IMG/VR virus record: IMGVR_UViG_3300027833_003138
Location: 64,001 to 128,000 of that record
Direction: 5' to 3' (one strand)
Source of the DNA: a virus
Length of the DNA: 64,000 nt
Shown: piece after piece, positions 8,888-18,775 of the stretch
How positions within the stretch are numbered: position 1 is the stretch's first letter
Layout: each line of letters opens with the position of its first letter
Translations under genes and position numbers: made by a program
The notes under the pieces: model-generated
What the model was told of the DNA's origin: nothing
What the model saw: the letters and a program-made list of their open reading frames with translations, nothing else
Databases searched by the model: none

Positions 8888-11800
8888 TTATCTTACTGCG
8901 TGAGTATGAATTCTGTACCCAGGTTTTGAGGGAGAAGATAATATAACATAGTAAGAGTCTCTAGAAACGCCTGAAATTAAATATGGAATGCAGTTGGATT
9001 CTGATTCTACTGCAGTTGAGACTGAAGGTATCGCATGAAAGGGGTGGGGGTAAAAAATTTCATATAAATCAGTTCCTTCTGGAATATCTGTCGTGAAGGA
9101 TTGGGTAGTTGTCTTGTTTACTGAGGATTGCCCCGTAGGCCTGGCGTTAATATGAAGTTTGTATTCATCATCCTTTAATTCTGATCCAAAATTTACCGCA
9201 AATCGAAATTCATTCAACCCGGAAATCATATATGGAACGATTGGTCCACCGTTTGAATTTTCTAAAGACAGGGTTACTGCAGGTTTTTCACCGAATGTTT
9301 TCGGGAAATCTAGATAGTAAGAATCCTTGCCTTTATTTAGGGATGCTACAAAGGTAATAACTTCGTCAGAACCTCCGAATACTCTTTCCCAGTGACCGTC
9401 TTCACCGGTTGTAAAAGCTTTTTCAAGGTAAGAGTTTCCCGTTACGGAAAGTTCTCCAATGGGGTTTTCTGTGTTGATTCCGAAATAACCTTCATTGGTT
9501 AGTCTAGCTTGCTCGATGCCAGAGGTTGAAAAAGAAATGAAGTCATCCTCTGTCTCGCTTAGTAGAATTTTTGACTGACCGCCTGCCTCTATCGAAATTT
9601 CATCTTCTCTAAACCTTACAAAGGTGTCTTCATCTTCATAATGATATATATATTCCCCTACATGAATGTCTCCTGTGACTTTTTCGTCTCCATAGATTAA
9701 GGAATTTCCTGACTGAGTGAAATCCCCAGTTAGGTGATAATCCCCAAGCATTCTCATGTCTCCGTATCTCCAGGAGTTTCCAGTTATTTGAAAGTCTCCT
9801 AACAGGTTAGAGTTTCCTATTTTATAAGAATCTCCTTTTTGTCTGTGGTAGCCTGTGTGAGTTAAGTCTCCAACTATTAGTTTGTCTCCATATAACCAAG
9901 AGTCTCCGGTTTGAGCGAAATTTCCCGTTAGATAAAAATTGCCATCCATTCGCATATCCCCGAATCTCCAAGAGTCTCCGGTTATTCGAAGGTCTCCCAG
10001 CAGGTTAGAATCTCCTATTCTGTAAAAGTTCCCTTCTTGCCTGTGGTAGCCTGTATTGGTTATGTCCCCCAAGAAGCAAGAATCTCCAGAAACATGTAGT
10101 GTATAGAGAGGGTTTACTGTTCGAACGTGGTCAAAATAAACGAGCCCTGAAATATTGAAGTGGCTTACTTCCCAGAAATTTCCAGAAATAATTTTCTCTG
10201 CAACTACTCTGTATTTTGAATAAGTTTCTGGGTGATATTTGTCAAGGGTGAAGGTGGAGGCGACCTCTTTACTTTTGTAGTCTGAGGCTTGTAGTCCAGA
10301 AATATTATGTATGGTTTTCCATTCTGTTCCATTGTTTGATGCAACAATCTTTAAGTCTTCCGCGCAGTTTTTCAAATCTTTCCTAAATAAAGAAAAGCCT
10401 TTGTAGTGAAACGGTTCTTCAAAATTTACTTGATGCCAAGCTCCCCCCATCTCTCTATGTATTTCGTCTGGAGAGAGATTATGTCCATCTAGGGATATAT
10501 CAGAACCCCAATTTTGCTGCGACTCAGATGTGTTTGAGTTATAATATCCTGAAGGTTCATATATAGGAAATGACTTTAAGGAAGTTGTTGTTTTTGCTTG
10601 CTCTGAATTTGAGAAATCTATTATTGCTGGATTTAATCTATCAATAACGTTGATTTTTCCGCTTAAATGTTGATGTCCTGCGTGCGAGGATTGATAATAA
10701 AATTCACCCAAATTTGCAGCCTTAAAGTTAAGCTCTCCAGATGCTTCATTCGCGATCACCTGCCCTGTTGAATTTTTAATGCTTATGGACGCGTGTGGCG
10801 TTTGGTTCGAGAACACTAATCTCTGTCCTTTTTTAGCCTCAATCAGAGGGTCTGGCCCAAGCGCGTCTCCACTAAAGTAATAATTTTCTGAATCTACATT
10901 ATGTAATGTATAATTTTTTGTAAGTGGATTTAAAATATCAATCGTTCCGCTGATACTCTCATGCCCAGAGGTTGTCGATTGATAATAAAAGTTTCCTGTA
11001 GAGTTTGGTAAAAATGAAGTTTGACCTTGGTTTTCTAATACTTGTATGTTGTCGTTGTGATCTTTTATAACAACAGGGTGTCCGCTATTGAGGTTTGAGA
11101 AGTTTAAAACGTCTCCCGCTGTAGCTTGAATGTTGGGGTTGGTTCCGCTGGCATCTCCGGAGAATAAATAATTACCTGAATTGCCTGAGTTTAAAAAATA
11201 ATTATATATATCTGAGTCTGCAATAATGATATTGCCACTCATTTTTTCGTGACCCTCTAAGCTGCATTGGTAGAAAAAACTTCCAGTGTTAATTGCTTCA
11301 AGATTAGTTATTCCAGAAACTTCCGAAACTAATTCATTATTTGCGCTATCTTTTATCGATAATGGGTGAGCTTTTGTTTGGTTGGAAAAGGTTAAAGAGT
11401 CGCCGACTTGAACCTGGATATTTGGGTCAAGCCCTGTTGCGCCTCCACTAAATAGGTAGCTACCTCCGTTTTCGTTTATTAAATAATATTCGTGCTCATC
11501 TTCTGATATTGCTCGTGGGTCAATGCCTCCTCCATAACTGTAAGAGCTGTACCCCCCCGACCTTCTTGGGAAATCCATGAATACATCTTTTATTATTCTT
11601 CTGTCTGTAAAGTCTAGGCCGACTCCCATTTTTTCAAATAAGCCAGTTTCTCCAACAAAAATATTTCCGCTGATATCTCCCGTTTGTGTGATATCTATAA
11701 CTTCATTTATGTAAATTGTACTTTGAAAAGTGCAAACATCTGCAAAGGTTTTCTCTCCGCTAATTAATTGGTTGCCAGTTAAGAAAACAGCATTCGCTCC

Positions 11801-11998
11801 GTCTAGTACGGATTTTTTAAAATTTTTAAATTTTATTTTTTCGTTATGGGAGCCTGATCTTGATATCAAAAGAAGTGCGTCATCGTCGCGATTATTTGGG
11901 GGAGCCAGTTTCGCTTGATGCGGAAAAGGGTCTGCAACCTGATCGGAGAGGAGTCTCTGGGTTTCTGGGAGGTTTGATATTCTATTATCCTTATTCAT
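8888..11998 (-). CDS. multidomain virion fibre/appendage protein (3 cupredoxin-like repeats, F5/8 discoidin-like domain, Gly hexapeptide repeats, lectin-like C-terminal repeats)
   Basis: HPL...YQC...H..M repeat; WHQV.F...ASNNG.EW...Y.KYRV domain; G every 6 residues; F...F...P.V C-terminal units. Confidence 0.7.
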   Translation of the reverse strand: MNKDNRISNLPETQRLLSDQVADPFPHQAKLAPPNNRDDDALLLISRSGSHNEKIKFKNFKKSVLDGANAVFLTGNQLISGEKTFADVCTFQSTIYINEVIDITQTGDISGNIFVGETGLFEKMGVGLDFTDRRIIKDVFMDFPRRSGGYSSYSYGGGIDPRAISEDEHEYYLINENGGSYLFSGGATGLDPNIQVQVGDSLTFSNQTKAHPLSIKDSANNELVSEVSGITNLEAINTGSFFYQCSLEGHEKMSGNIIIADSDIYNYFLNSGNSGNYLFSGDASGTNPNIQATAGDVLNFSNLNSGHPVVIKDHNDNIQVLENQGQTSFLPNSTGNFYYQSTTSGHESISGTIDILNPLTKNYTLHNVDSENYYFSGDALGPDPLIEAKKGQRLVFSNQTPHASISIKNSTGQVIANEASGELNFKAANLGEFYYQSSHAGHQHLSGKINVIDRLNPAIIDFSNSEQAKTTTSLKSFPIYEPSGYYNSNTSESQQNWGSDISLDGHNLSPDEIHREMGGAWHQVNFEEPFHYKGFSLFRKDLKNCAEDLKIVASNNGTEWKTIHNISGLQASDYKSKEVASTFTLDKYHPETYSKYRVVAEKIISGNFWEVSHFNISGLVYFDHVRTVNPLYTLHVSGDSCFLGDITNTGYHRQEGNFYRIGDSNLLGDLRITGDSWRFGDMRMDGNFYLTGNFAQTGDSWLYGDKLIVGDLTHTGYHRQKGDSYKIGNSNLLGDFQITGNSWRYGDMRMLGDYHLTGDFTQSGNSLIYGDEKVTGDIHVGEYIYHYEDEDTFVRFREDEISIEAGGQSKILLSETEDDFISFSTSGIEQARLTNEGYFGINTENPIGELSVTGNSYLEKAFTTGEDGHWERVFGGSDEVITFVASLNKGKDSYYLDFPKTFGEKPAVTLSLENSNGGPIVPYMISGLNEFRFAVNFGSELKDDEYKLHINARPTGQSSVNKTTTQSFTTDIPEGTDLYEIFYPHPFHAIPSVSTAVESESNCIPYLISGVSRDSYYVILSSPSKPGYRIHTHAVR

Positions 11999-12028
11999 TT
12001 GCTTTTATACAAGTTGTATGTACACTTT

Positions 12029-13969
12029 TTATCTAGTTGTCAAAAATTCACCTGTTCTTTCGAAAAATTGAGGTATATCCTGCTCGGATTCTTGAGCTTC
12101 ACATCTAGGTTTTATGGTATTTTTTTGTTCATCAAGCTCCCATAGCTGAAGGGTTGGTAAAGAGGTAACAAATTCAGGCCTATAGGAATCGTTTCCTGGT
12201 TGGAAGGTTCTGAAAATCAATTTATCTCCTAGGTCGTCAAACCATTGAGCATGGTAATCAACTTTTTCTCCGAGTCTGTGAGTGCCCTCTGTGCTTGTGC
12301 AACAATGTATCGTATGCTTTGTTGTTAGATTTGAACCCAGTTTTAACATAAAGGATTTTTTGGTTATATTTGAAATTATATATGGAACTACATACTTTCC
12401 GCCTTCTATGTTGATTGAAATATTTGGAGGCTCATCATACTCAAGGGGGAAAAAGATTTCTTGGGTTGGTTCATCTTCTTTTGGTTGAAAATAAAATCTC
12501 TGCATTCCGTGTCTGTTAGCTCCTGGATCCATAGGAGAAACGTAAGGGAAATCATCATAGCTTAATTCTATTTTTCCTTGCATTATTGAGGAACATATTG
12601 CTGTCGTATGAACTGTGTATTCATCAGACGGAAGTATATTCGAGAATTGCATATAAAATTCGTGGCGATTTCCGTCTTGAAGTATAAATGGAACAATAAT
12701 GTTTCCGTTACAATTTTCAACACTTACATTTAAGATGGGCTTCTCTTTAAAGGTTTTGGGTAAATTTATATGATACTTATCCTCCCCTCCTTGAATGACT
12801 GTTTTAAATGTGACTGTCTCGTCGTTACCTCCGAATACCTTGTTGAATCTTTTGCTGAATTCATCATAAACAAAAACGTTTTCCAGGAAGGAGTTCCCTG
12901 TCACAGACAACTCTCCCATTGGTGTTTTATTATTAATTGCCAGTAGCCCTTCGTTGGTTAGCCTAGCATGCTCTTCTCCGGAGGTAAAAAGCGAAATATG
13001 ATTTGATCCTGATTCGTTTAATAATATTTTACAATATTCACCCGCCTCTAAGCGCGCTTCATTGTTTTTGAATTGAATAAAGGTGTCTCGATCTTCGTAA
13101 TGGTATACATATTCCCCTACGTAGATATCTCCTGCAGTTTTTTTATCTCCCAGTATGAAAGAGTTGCCTAGTTGTGTGAAGTCGCCAGTAATTGAGAAAT
13201 CTCCTGACATCCTCAAGTCACCATATCTCCAAGAGTCTCCGGAAATGCGGAATTCGCCCAATAAGTCCGAGTCGCCTATTCTGTAAAGGTCGCCATTTTG
13301 GCTTTCATTTCCTGTGTGCGCGATGTCTCCTAAAATTAACTCGTTTCCATATAGAGAACGGTCCCCCGTTTGAGAAAAATTTCCCGTTAGATAAAAATCA
13401 CCATCCATTCGCATGTCCCCGAATCTCCAAGAGTCTCCGGTTATTCGAAGGTCTCCAAGCAGGTTAGAATCTCCTATTCTGTAAAAGTTCCCTTCTTGCC
13501 TGTGGTAGCCTGTGTTTGTTATGTCCCCGAGAAAACAAGAATCCCCCGAGATATGGAAGCGGTAAGAGGGTTCGCCATGTCTTTCGTGAAATAATGTTGA
13601 TACTCCAATATTTTGAAAAAGACCAGATGTTCCGACGAAAATGTTTCCAGAAATGTCTCCAGTGAGCGTATTATCTAAGACTTCGTTTACATTTGTTCTG
13701 CTCAAAAAAGTACATGGATCCGCAAAAATTTTACCGCCACTTATTAATTGCTTACCTGTTGATAGAAAGCTCTTATCGAGGATTGAGGATTTTAAGTGAT
13801 TATAAGAGATATTTTCGTTAGAAAGGTTTTCTCTTGCAATCATGAAGGATGCGTTATTGTCCCCGCTGCCAGCTGGCGTAATTTTGGCTTGATGCGGAAA
13901 CGGATGCACCAAATAGTCGGAGTGGAGAATAAGGGATTCTTTTAATTCTGAGATTTTACTATTTGGCAT
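12029..13969 (-). CDS. paralog of 8888..11998 lacking cupredoxin and discoidin inserts
   Basis: Shares N-terminus (KIS.L...PFPHQAK), hexapeptide shaft and C-terminal units; start moved to ATG 13969 (MPNSKISEL). Confidence 0.75.
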   Translation of the reverse strand: MPNSKISELKESLILHSDYLVHPFPHQAKITPAGSGDNNASFMIARENLSNENISYNHLKSSILDKSFLSTGKQLISGGKIFADPCTFLSRTNVNEVLDNTLTGDISGNIFVGTSGLFQNIGVSTLFHERHGEPSYRFHISGDSCFLGDITNTGYHRQEGNFYRIGDSNLLGDLRITGDSWRFGDMRMDGDFYLTGNFSQTGDRSLYGNELILGDIAHTGNESQNGDLYRIGDSDLLGEFRISGDSWRYGDLRMSGDFSITGDFTQLGNSFILGDKKTAGDIYVGEYVYHYEDRDTFIQFKNNEARLEAGEYCKILLNESGSNHISLFTSGEEHARLTNEGLLAINNKTPMGELSVTGNSFLENVFVYDEFSKRFNKVFGGNDETVTFKTVIQGGEDKYHINLPKTFKEKPILNVSVENCNGNIIVPFILQDGNRHEFYMQFSNILPSDEYTVHTTAICSSIMQGKIELSYDDFPYVSPMDPGANRHGMQRFYFQPKEDEPTQEIFFPLEYDEPPNISINIEGGKYVVPYIISNITKKSFMLKLGSNLTTKHTIHCCTSTEGTHRLGEKVDYHAQWFDDLGDKLIFRTFQPGNDSYRPEFVTSLPTLQLWELDEQKNTIKPRCEAQESEQDIPQFFERTGEFLTTR

Positions 13970-13985
13970 GACGGTCTTTTGTAAA

Positions 13986-14009
13986 TACACTTAATTGATA
14001 AAAGGTGTA
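13986..14009. promoter_or_regulatory. divergent pair of GTGTA motifs
   Basis: TACAC at 13986-13990 (minus gene) and GTGTA at 14005-14009, 9 nt before ATG 14019. Confidence 0.6.
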
Positions 14010-14018
14010 CTCTATTTA

Positions 14019-15137
14019 ATGGGTAAATCCAAAGTAGATCGAATAAGTTACGAAAGGTTTGGGGTTTTAATAACTGATTTTCCTGGATACAAGGACACAG
14101 CTTCAACCTCTGGGGATTTAACCAGAGTGCAGAGCCTGGAGTATAGCTTTTCTCACCCAGCTTTAGACGTAAAGGCGATCGGTTCCGATATACTGGTCTC
14201 TCAGGACGATGAATCTCCAATTATTCGTCAACCAGAAATCGATTGCAGTATGTCGTATATATTTTCCAGCGGAGAAAACGAAGAAGTATTAGGTTTTTAT
14301 CTTGGGTCTGACGGCAGCGTGTTAAAGAATTTTTATAATACCCAAGGAACTGATGATGTTAATTTATTCTTGGTTGCCGACGCAGGAGGTTGCGGCCATA
14401 GGGATTTAAATAACGTAACAGATCAACAGGGGTTTTCTGGTTATAATGTAGTAGGTTTTGGTAATTCTTTTTTAAAAACTTACGAATACTCAGCCTCTGT
14501 CGGACAGCTTCCTGTTTGCTCTGTATCTTTTCTTTGTAGTAATATGAGGTTTGATGAATATAAAGAACATGATCCTCCTCATTTTCCGTCCATAAAACTT
14601 GGAATAGAAAACGAGCCTTCGGAGGAAAGACTGGTTTTAAACGAAGACTCTTTGAATCCTCATACAGATAATGATGTACCAGCAATAATGCCTGGGGGAA
14701 TCATAATAAATATAACCAAAAACGCAGGAGCCCACGGAGGAGCGGTTCTAGACGATGTGGAAGCTGCTATACAAAACATAAACATAAACCTTCCAATCCC
14801 TAGACAGGATATTTATGGCTTTGGAAGTAATTATGTGTTCGACCGAAAACTTAAGTTTCCTGTGATTGGGTCCGTATCTATGGATATGACTCTTAGAGAA
14901 TTTTATACAGGAGAGATAGACTCTTTTTTTACGCAAGGATCAAGATACGATATGATAATATCTCACACAGAAAGAGACGGATCTGGAGGAATAACCAATA
15001 TAAATTCTTTTAAAATTGAAAACGCTCAATTGAAACAACAAAGCTACTCTCAGGCAATTGGAACAGACGCTTCGGTAAGTTCTTCTTTTTCGTTTGGAGT
15101 TACTGCTAGCGGGGGCTTAAAGTTCTACAGAGCTTAA
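14019..15137 (+). CDS. tail tube-like paralog
   Basis: Aligns by eye to 15328..16707 (L.RVQ...YSF, GN.....Y...ASVG..P, PG.I, P..R......G..Y...R....P, L...S.S..IG). Start moved to ATG 14019. Confidence 0.65.
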   Translation: MGKSKVDRISYERFGVLITDFPGYKDTASTSGDLTRVQSLEYSFSHPALDVKAIGSDILVSQDDESPIIRQPEIDCSMSYIFSSGENEEVLGFYLGSDGSVLKNFYNTQGTDDVNLFLVADAGGCGHRDLNNVTDQQGFSGYNVVGFGNSFLKTYEYSASVGQLPVCSVSFLCSNMRFDEYKEHDPPHFPSIKLGIENEPSEERLVLNEDSLNPHTDNDVPAIMPGGIIINITKNAGAHGGAVLDDVEAAIQNININLPIPRQDIYGFGSNYVFDRKLKFPVIGSVSMDMTLREFYTGEIDSFFTQGSRYDMIISHTERDGSGGITNINSFKIENAQLKQQSYSQAIGTDASVSSSFSFGVTASGGLKFYRA

Positions 15138-15140
15138 ATT

Positions 15141-15171
15141 AAAAATGTTCGTTCGTTTTAACGAGCGAACA
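15141..15171. terminator. hairpin TGTTCGTTCGTT-TT-AACGAGCGAACA with minus-strand U tract
   Basis: Inverted repeat 15146-15171, AAAAA at 15141-15145; strand ambiguous. Confidence 0.55.
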
Positions 15172-15275
15172 ACCTCGGAGTATACTATTATTTCCCTAAG
15201 CGTAGCCTACTCATGCTCACTTTTCATCGGCTAGAGGAATCGATATATTATAATATGCTCTTTATGAGTAAATTC

Positions 15276-15307
15276 AAAAAAACCCGCCCCTTTTTTAAGG
15301 GGCAGGC
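15276..15307 (-). terminator. intrinsic terminator of the tail tube gene
   Basis: Minus strand GCCTGCCCCTT-AAAA-AAGGGGCGGGT followed by a T run, about 20 nt after the stop at 15328. Confidence 0.85.
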
Positions 15308-15327
15308 TTTAAAGAATTAATTATTAA

Positions 15328-16707
15328 TTAGGCGAATTTACCAGTGATGGTGAGAGCATTCCTTGAGCCGAGTATCCTCAAACCTCTTGCGAGATCTTCG
15401 GGTCCGCCGACTTGAGCAGTAAATGTTAAATCTACTGATTTATTATCCCCAATTGAGGAACTGAAAGATTCTCCTTCTAGCAGTGCGCCTTTAACTATAT
15501 ACTGCATCGCAACAGAGCCTGTCCCGTATTGGTTTGGTTCTCTAAGAGTGAATACTAGATCATGCTCCTCTGTGTTCCATATGAGATCCGCTACGTTTCC
15601 AGCTTTAAGATCTGCCATAATAGCGTTTACGCTAACAGAAATATTTAAAGGGTAATCAACAACTCTTGAGTATCCATAAGGAGTTCCAAGTCTGTTAAGA
15701 ACTGTTCTTGACATCGGAACATCGATACTAAAGCTTTGGACGTGAGCTGAGCCATCAACGGTATAATCATGCATTGGATTATCGTTGACGCCCTGGTAGC
15801 CAGCACCTGTAGAGATATCAAAACCACCCGCTGTTCTTCCATAACCAAGATCTCCTCGAGGATCGTTCCCTGGAAGAAGCTCGAACTCTGCAGCTCTTCC
15901 GTCTGTTCCTAGGGACATTGTTATGTCTCCAGGACGCAAGCAGGACCAACCTTCTTCTTCGGTATCTAAACCTCCTGCAGCACTGTCGTTAAGAACACCG
16001 CTAACTGCCGGAGGAATATCAAAATGTATGTCTGAAATTGGAATCCCAAAATTAGAATTTACTGCCGGAATGTCTAAGCCTGTGCTTCCAACGTAACTCT
16101 TTAAATTTAATCCATCAACAGTAACATTTGCGGTTGGCATACTTCCCACAGAGGCTTCTATGGAATAGTTCGAAACATAACCGTTTCCTAATGCAATAAC
16201 GCTTTTGCCGTCATCCATGTCTTGATTGCCTACTGCATCGTGACCTTCGCAGGTAGTTAATATAAAAAAGTTTTTTCCATCTGCATTAATGTTTTGTCCG
16301 CACTCAGTACCGCCGATAATATCATCCGCTAAGGCGCTTGAAGTTCCGTCAACATTCATTCCTAGAATTCTTTCGTTAATGCCATTTGTCAGGTAGTAAG
16401 AAAAATCAAGAGTTACTGTCGGCGGTTCAATGGAAACAGAATCAATTCTAGCTAACTGTCCAAATTGATTAACATCTTGCCGATTAACGCTAAAACTATA
16501 ATTTGCATTTTGTACTCTGCGCAACTGCTCGATTCCTGTTCTGACTTCGTAGCCAGCTGGAACGTCTGCGAGTTTCGCCACTCCTGATTTTGTTGACCAA
16601 GCGTCATTAGAAACGCTAAAATGGTGCCCTGTAGCATTTACCGTTCCAGCATATAATGCTTCACTCTGGTAAATTACTCTTGCTCGTCCTGGTAAATTTT
16701 GTGCCAT
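15328..16707 (-). CDS. major tail tube protein (probable)
   Basis: Follows head-tail connector genes, has a strong terminator, beta-rich duplicated tube-like sequence. Confidence 0.7.
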   Translation of the reverse strand: MAQNLPGRARVIYQSEALYAGTVNATGHHFSVSNDAWSTKSGVAKLADVPAGYEVRTGIEQLRRVQNANYSFSVNRQDVNQFGQLARIDSVSIEPPTVTLDFSYYLTNGINERILGMNVDGTSSALADDIIGGTECGQNINADGKNFFILTTCEGHDAVGNQDMDDGKSVIALGNGYVSNYSIEASVGSMPTANVTVDGLNLKSYVGSTGLDIPAVNSNFGIPISDIHFDIPPAVSGVLNDSAAGGLDTEEEGWSCLRPGDITMSLGTDGRAAEFELLPGNDPRGDLGYGRTAGGFDISTGAGYQGVNDNPMHDYTVDGSAHVQSFSIDVPMSRTVLNRLGTPYGYSRVVDYPLNISVSVNAIMADLKAGNVADLIWNTEEHDLVFTLREPNQYGTGSVAMQYIVKGALLEGESFSSSIGDNKSVDLTFTAQVGGPEDLARGLRILGSRNALTITGKFA

Positions 16708-16769
16708 AATATTTATTAATAAGATTAGATTCTGTTTCTATTACATTTTTTGTATAAAAAAGGGAAGTT

Positions 16770-17621
16770 TTAAGAAAAGCGAGGATACCTTAGGTTGGTT
16801 ATTTCGAAATCTATAAAGCCTACAAAAAGAGATGGGTCTATATTTTTGCTTATTCTGTCGCTTAATTTTGAAACTCTCGCCTCTTCTATATGAAAAAAAG
16901 TTTCTCGTTTTGATGTTGCAAGCTCTTTATAATTAAAACCTGTAGTGTCTCCGTATTCTGTTAGCGGAAAATCTTCAAAACCTAATTTAGCAAAGACTTC
17001 GTTTTTTGAATCTGCGAATACAGATAAAGCTCCATCAAGCTGATATGTATTTTCTGCAAAAACAACGCAACGAATACTTGTGGTGGTTTTATCTTCTCCT
17101 CCGAATGCAAACGGTTCATTTTCTGCCATTTCCGAGTTTACAAAAATTGCAGGTATGACTTGTTTATAAGGCTCAATTCCTCCTAGCGACTGCTTGAATC
17201 TGCTATTTGAATCAAATTTACTTTCAACTATCAATTGCTCTTCTGTTTGATTTGTTATATAAAAGTTAAAATCTTTTACTGTATAATCTCCACTTAATGT
17301 AGTTTTATTTGCTCCAAAACTTGAATCGAATATCACTCGCCCATTGTCAAAATCAATTTTTAATCCGTCTTGCCCTCTTGGAACGAATGTTCCATTGTCG
17401 TAAACGCCGCTAGGTATGTTCGCCCCCTCTATGCTTTCGTCGCTAACCCATTGCTTGTAGGGGCTATTGTAAGACACCAACCCAGGGCCAAGCCTCGCGT
17501 CTCCGGTGTCTGCATAAAAATCAGACGACTTGCTTGAGAATGCGTCCGCTTTTTTAGTTATAAAATTGTCAGCCCATAAGACAAAACTTGTAGTAACTTG
17601 ATGTTGGAATTGTGGCTTCAT
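16770..17621 (-). CDS. tail terminator/completion protein (probable)
   Basis: Synteny directly upstream of tube gene; PAIFV...EPFAFGG motif. Confidence 0.5.
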   Translation of the reverse strand: MKPQFQHQVTTSFVLWADNFITKKADAFSSKSSDFYADTGDARLGPGLVSYNSPYKQWVSDESIEGANIPSGVYDNGTFVPRGQDGLKIDFDNGRVIFDSSFGANKTTLSGDYTVKDFNFYITNQTEEQLIVESKFDSNSRFKQSLGGIEPYKQVIPAIFVNSEMAENEPFAFGGEDKTTTSIRCVVFAENTYQLDGALSVFADSKNEVFAKLGFEDFPLTEYGDTTGFNYKELATSKRETFFHIEEARVSKLSDRISKNIDPSLFVGFIDFEITNLRYPRFS

Positions 17622-18245
17622 TTAAAAATAAGATTTAGATAATCTTGTTGCAGATAGGGTGTTTAAGTTGGTTTCAAAATCTTTCAATAAAGGTTTTATA
17701 TATTGTTTTTTTAAGCTGCCTCCCGACTCCCTGCCGGATTGGATTCCCGCTCCTGATCGTCCTGCTGGAGGGCTTTGTGCGTGCATGTATTGACCTAAAT
17801 TAGCTATGCCTTGACCTTCTAGCTGCTGTAGCCAGCTTGCTCCTTTTGCCCAAGGCAATGGGGTGGCTGCATAAAGATCTTTTAATGTTGGTATATTTAC
17901 CGCAAAACTCCAAACAAAACCAAAAGATCCAAACTTTCTTCTTTTTATTAATATATTTGTGCGCTGTAAAAGATTTTGTAATTCATATACTGGATCATCT
18001 CCAATTTCAAAACCTATAAATCCAAATAAGTTTCCTTCTGGTAAAGTTCCGCTTAAATTTTTAGAAGCGGGGCCTCTTTTTAGCTCTCTTGTTATTGCGT
18101 GGGATTCAAAATCTTGCATTAATTTTCCATGAGCCACTTTGAATTGAGATTCAATTATTAATCTTCCTTCATTTATCAATTGTTTGTTTTTTCGAATTTC
18201 AAGATCTAATGCCCTCTTGACTCCTTTGTCTATCATCTTGGCCAT
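17622..18245 (-). CDS. neck/tail completion protein (probable)
   Basis: Synteny between head-closure-like and terminator-like genes. Confidence 0.45.
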   Translation of the reverse strand: MAKMIDKGVKRALDLEIRKNKQLINEGRLIIESQFKVAHGKLMQDFESHAITRELKRGPASKNLSGTLPEGNLFGFIGFEIGDDPVYELQNLLQRTNILIKRRKFGSFGFVWSFAVNIPTLKDLYAATPLPWAKGASWLQQLEGQGIANLGQYMHAQSPPAGRSGAGIQSGRESGGSLKKQYIKPLLKDFETNLNTLSATRLSKSYF

Positions 18246-18703
18246 TACTCTATGGGTCTTAATAGCAGTGAATAAAATTGTATAACATCAAAAAGTCCGT
18301 GAGCTCTTGGGTCAGAATCTACGTGAAACATTCTTCCGTCAAGCTCGATTCTTTTTGCCTCTTTAATGTACGCATAGTCTTCAGCTTTTAATTTGATCCT
18401 TACTAAACTACTTCCATCTGGTCGGCTTACTTTTATTTGAGCTCCAGCTTCTCCGAAATTTTCCAAACTTCTATCCGAATCGTATCTAATTCTCGCTTTA
18501 AATATTTTCTTTACAGGGATATTCTCCACGCTTGTGGTGGAAGCTCCGCCTGTTCCGTAAAGATAATTAAAATTAGGGTCTGTGCTAACTATAACTTTTT
18601 GAGCTTCTTTATATACAACAATGTCTCTTCCGAATGTATCATGAAGATCTAACAAGTTCGCTGCCACGCTTGCTCTTTCTGCCGCTGTCAATAATTCTGC
18701 CAT
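18245..18703 (-). CDS. head closure/adaptor protein (probable)
   Basis: HDTFGR.I.VYK...ARI.Y...I..DG..F.V beta-barrel pattern; start moved to ATG 18703 (MAELLT). Confidence 0.5.
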   Translation of the reverse strand: MAELLTAAERASVAANLLDLHDTFGRDIVVYKEAQKVIVSTDPNFNYLYGTGGASTTSVENIPVKKIFKARIRYDSDRSLENFGEAGAQIKVSRPDGSSLVRIKLKAEDYAYIKEAKRIELDGRMFHVDSDPRAHGLFDVIQFYSLLLRPIE

Positions 18704-18712
18704 GAATACTTT

Positions 18713-18737
18713 TACACTAAAGATTTTTTTTTGTGTA
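18713..18737. promoter_or_regulatory. divergent pair of GTGTA motifs
   Basis: TACAC 18713-18717 (9 nt from ATG 18703) and GTGTA 18733-18737. Confidence 0.6.
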
Positions 18738-18775
18738 TATCGATACAGGTACAAGGATCTACAACAATAATACAT

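Noticed and set aside
9918-13543. Diversity-generating retroelement TR/VR pair
   Set aside because: Mismatches are not adenine-specific, both copies are mid-gene coding sequence, and no reverse transcriptase is in the window.
15172-15240. Hammerhead (minus: CCGAUGA...GAAA) or pistol (plus: CUAAGCG) ribozyme
   Set aside because: Hammerhead core has C for U, a poor stem II junction and broken stem I; pistol lacks the P1 pseudoknot and GU site. Kept only as an unclassified RNA candidate.
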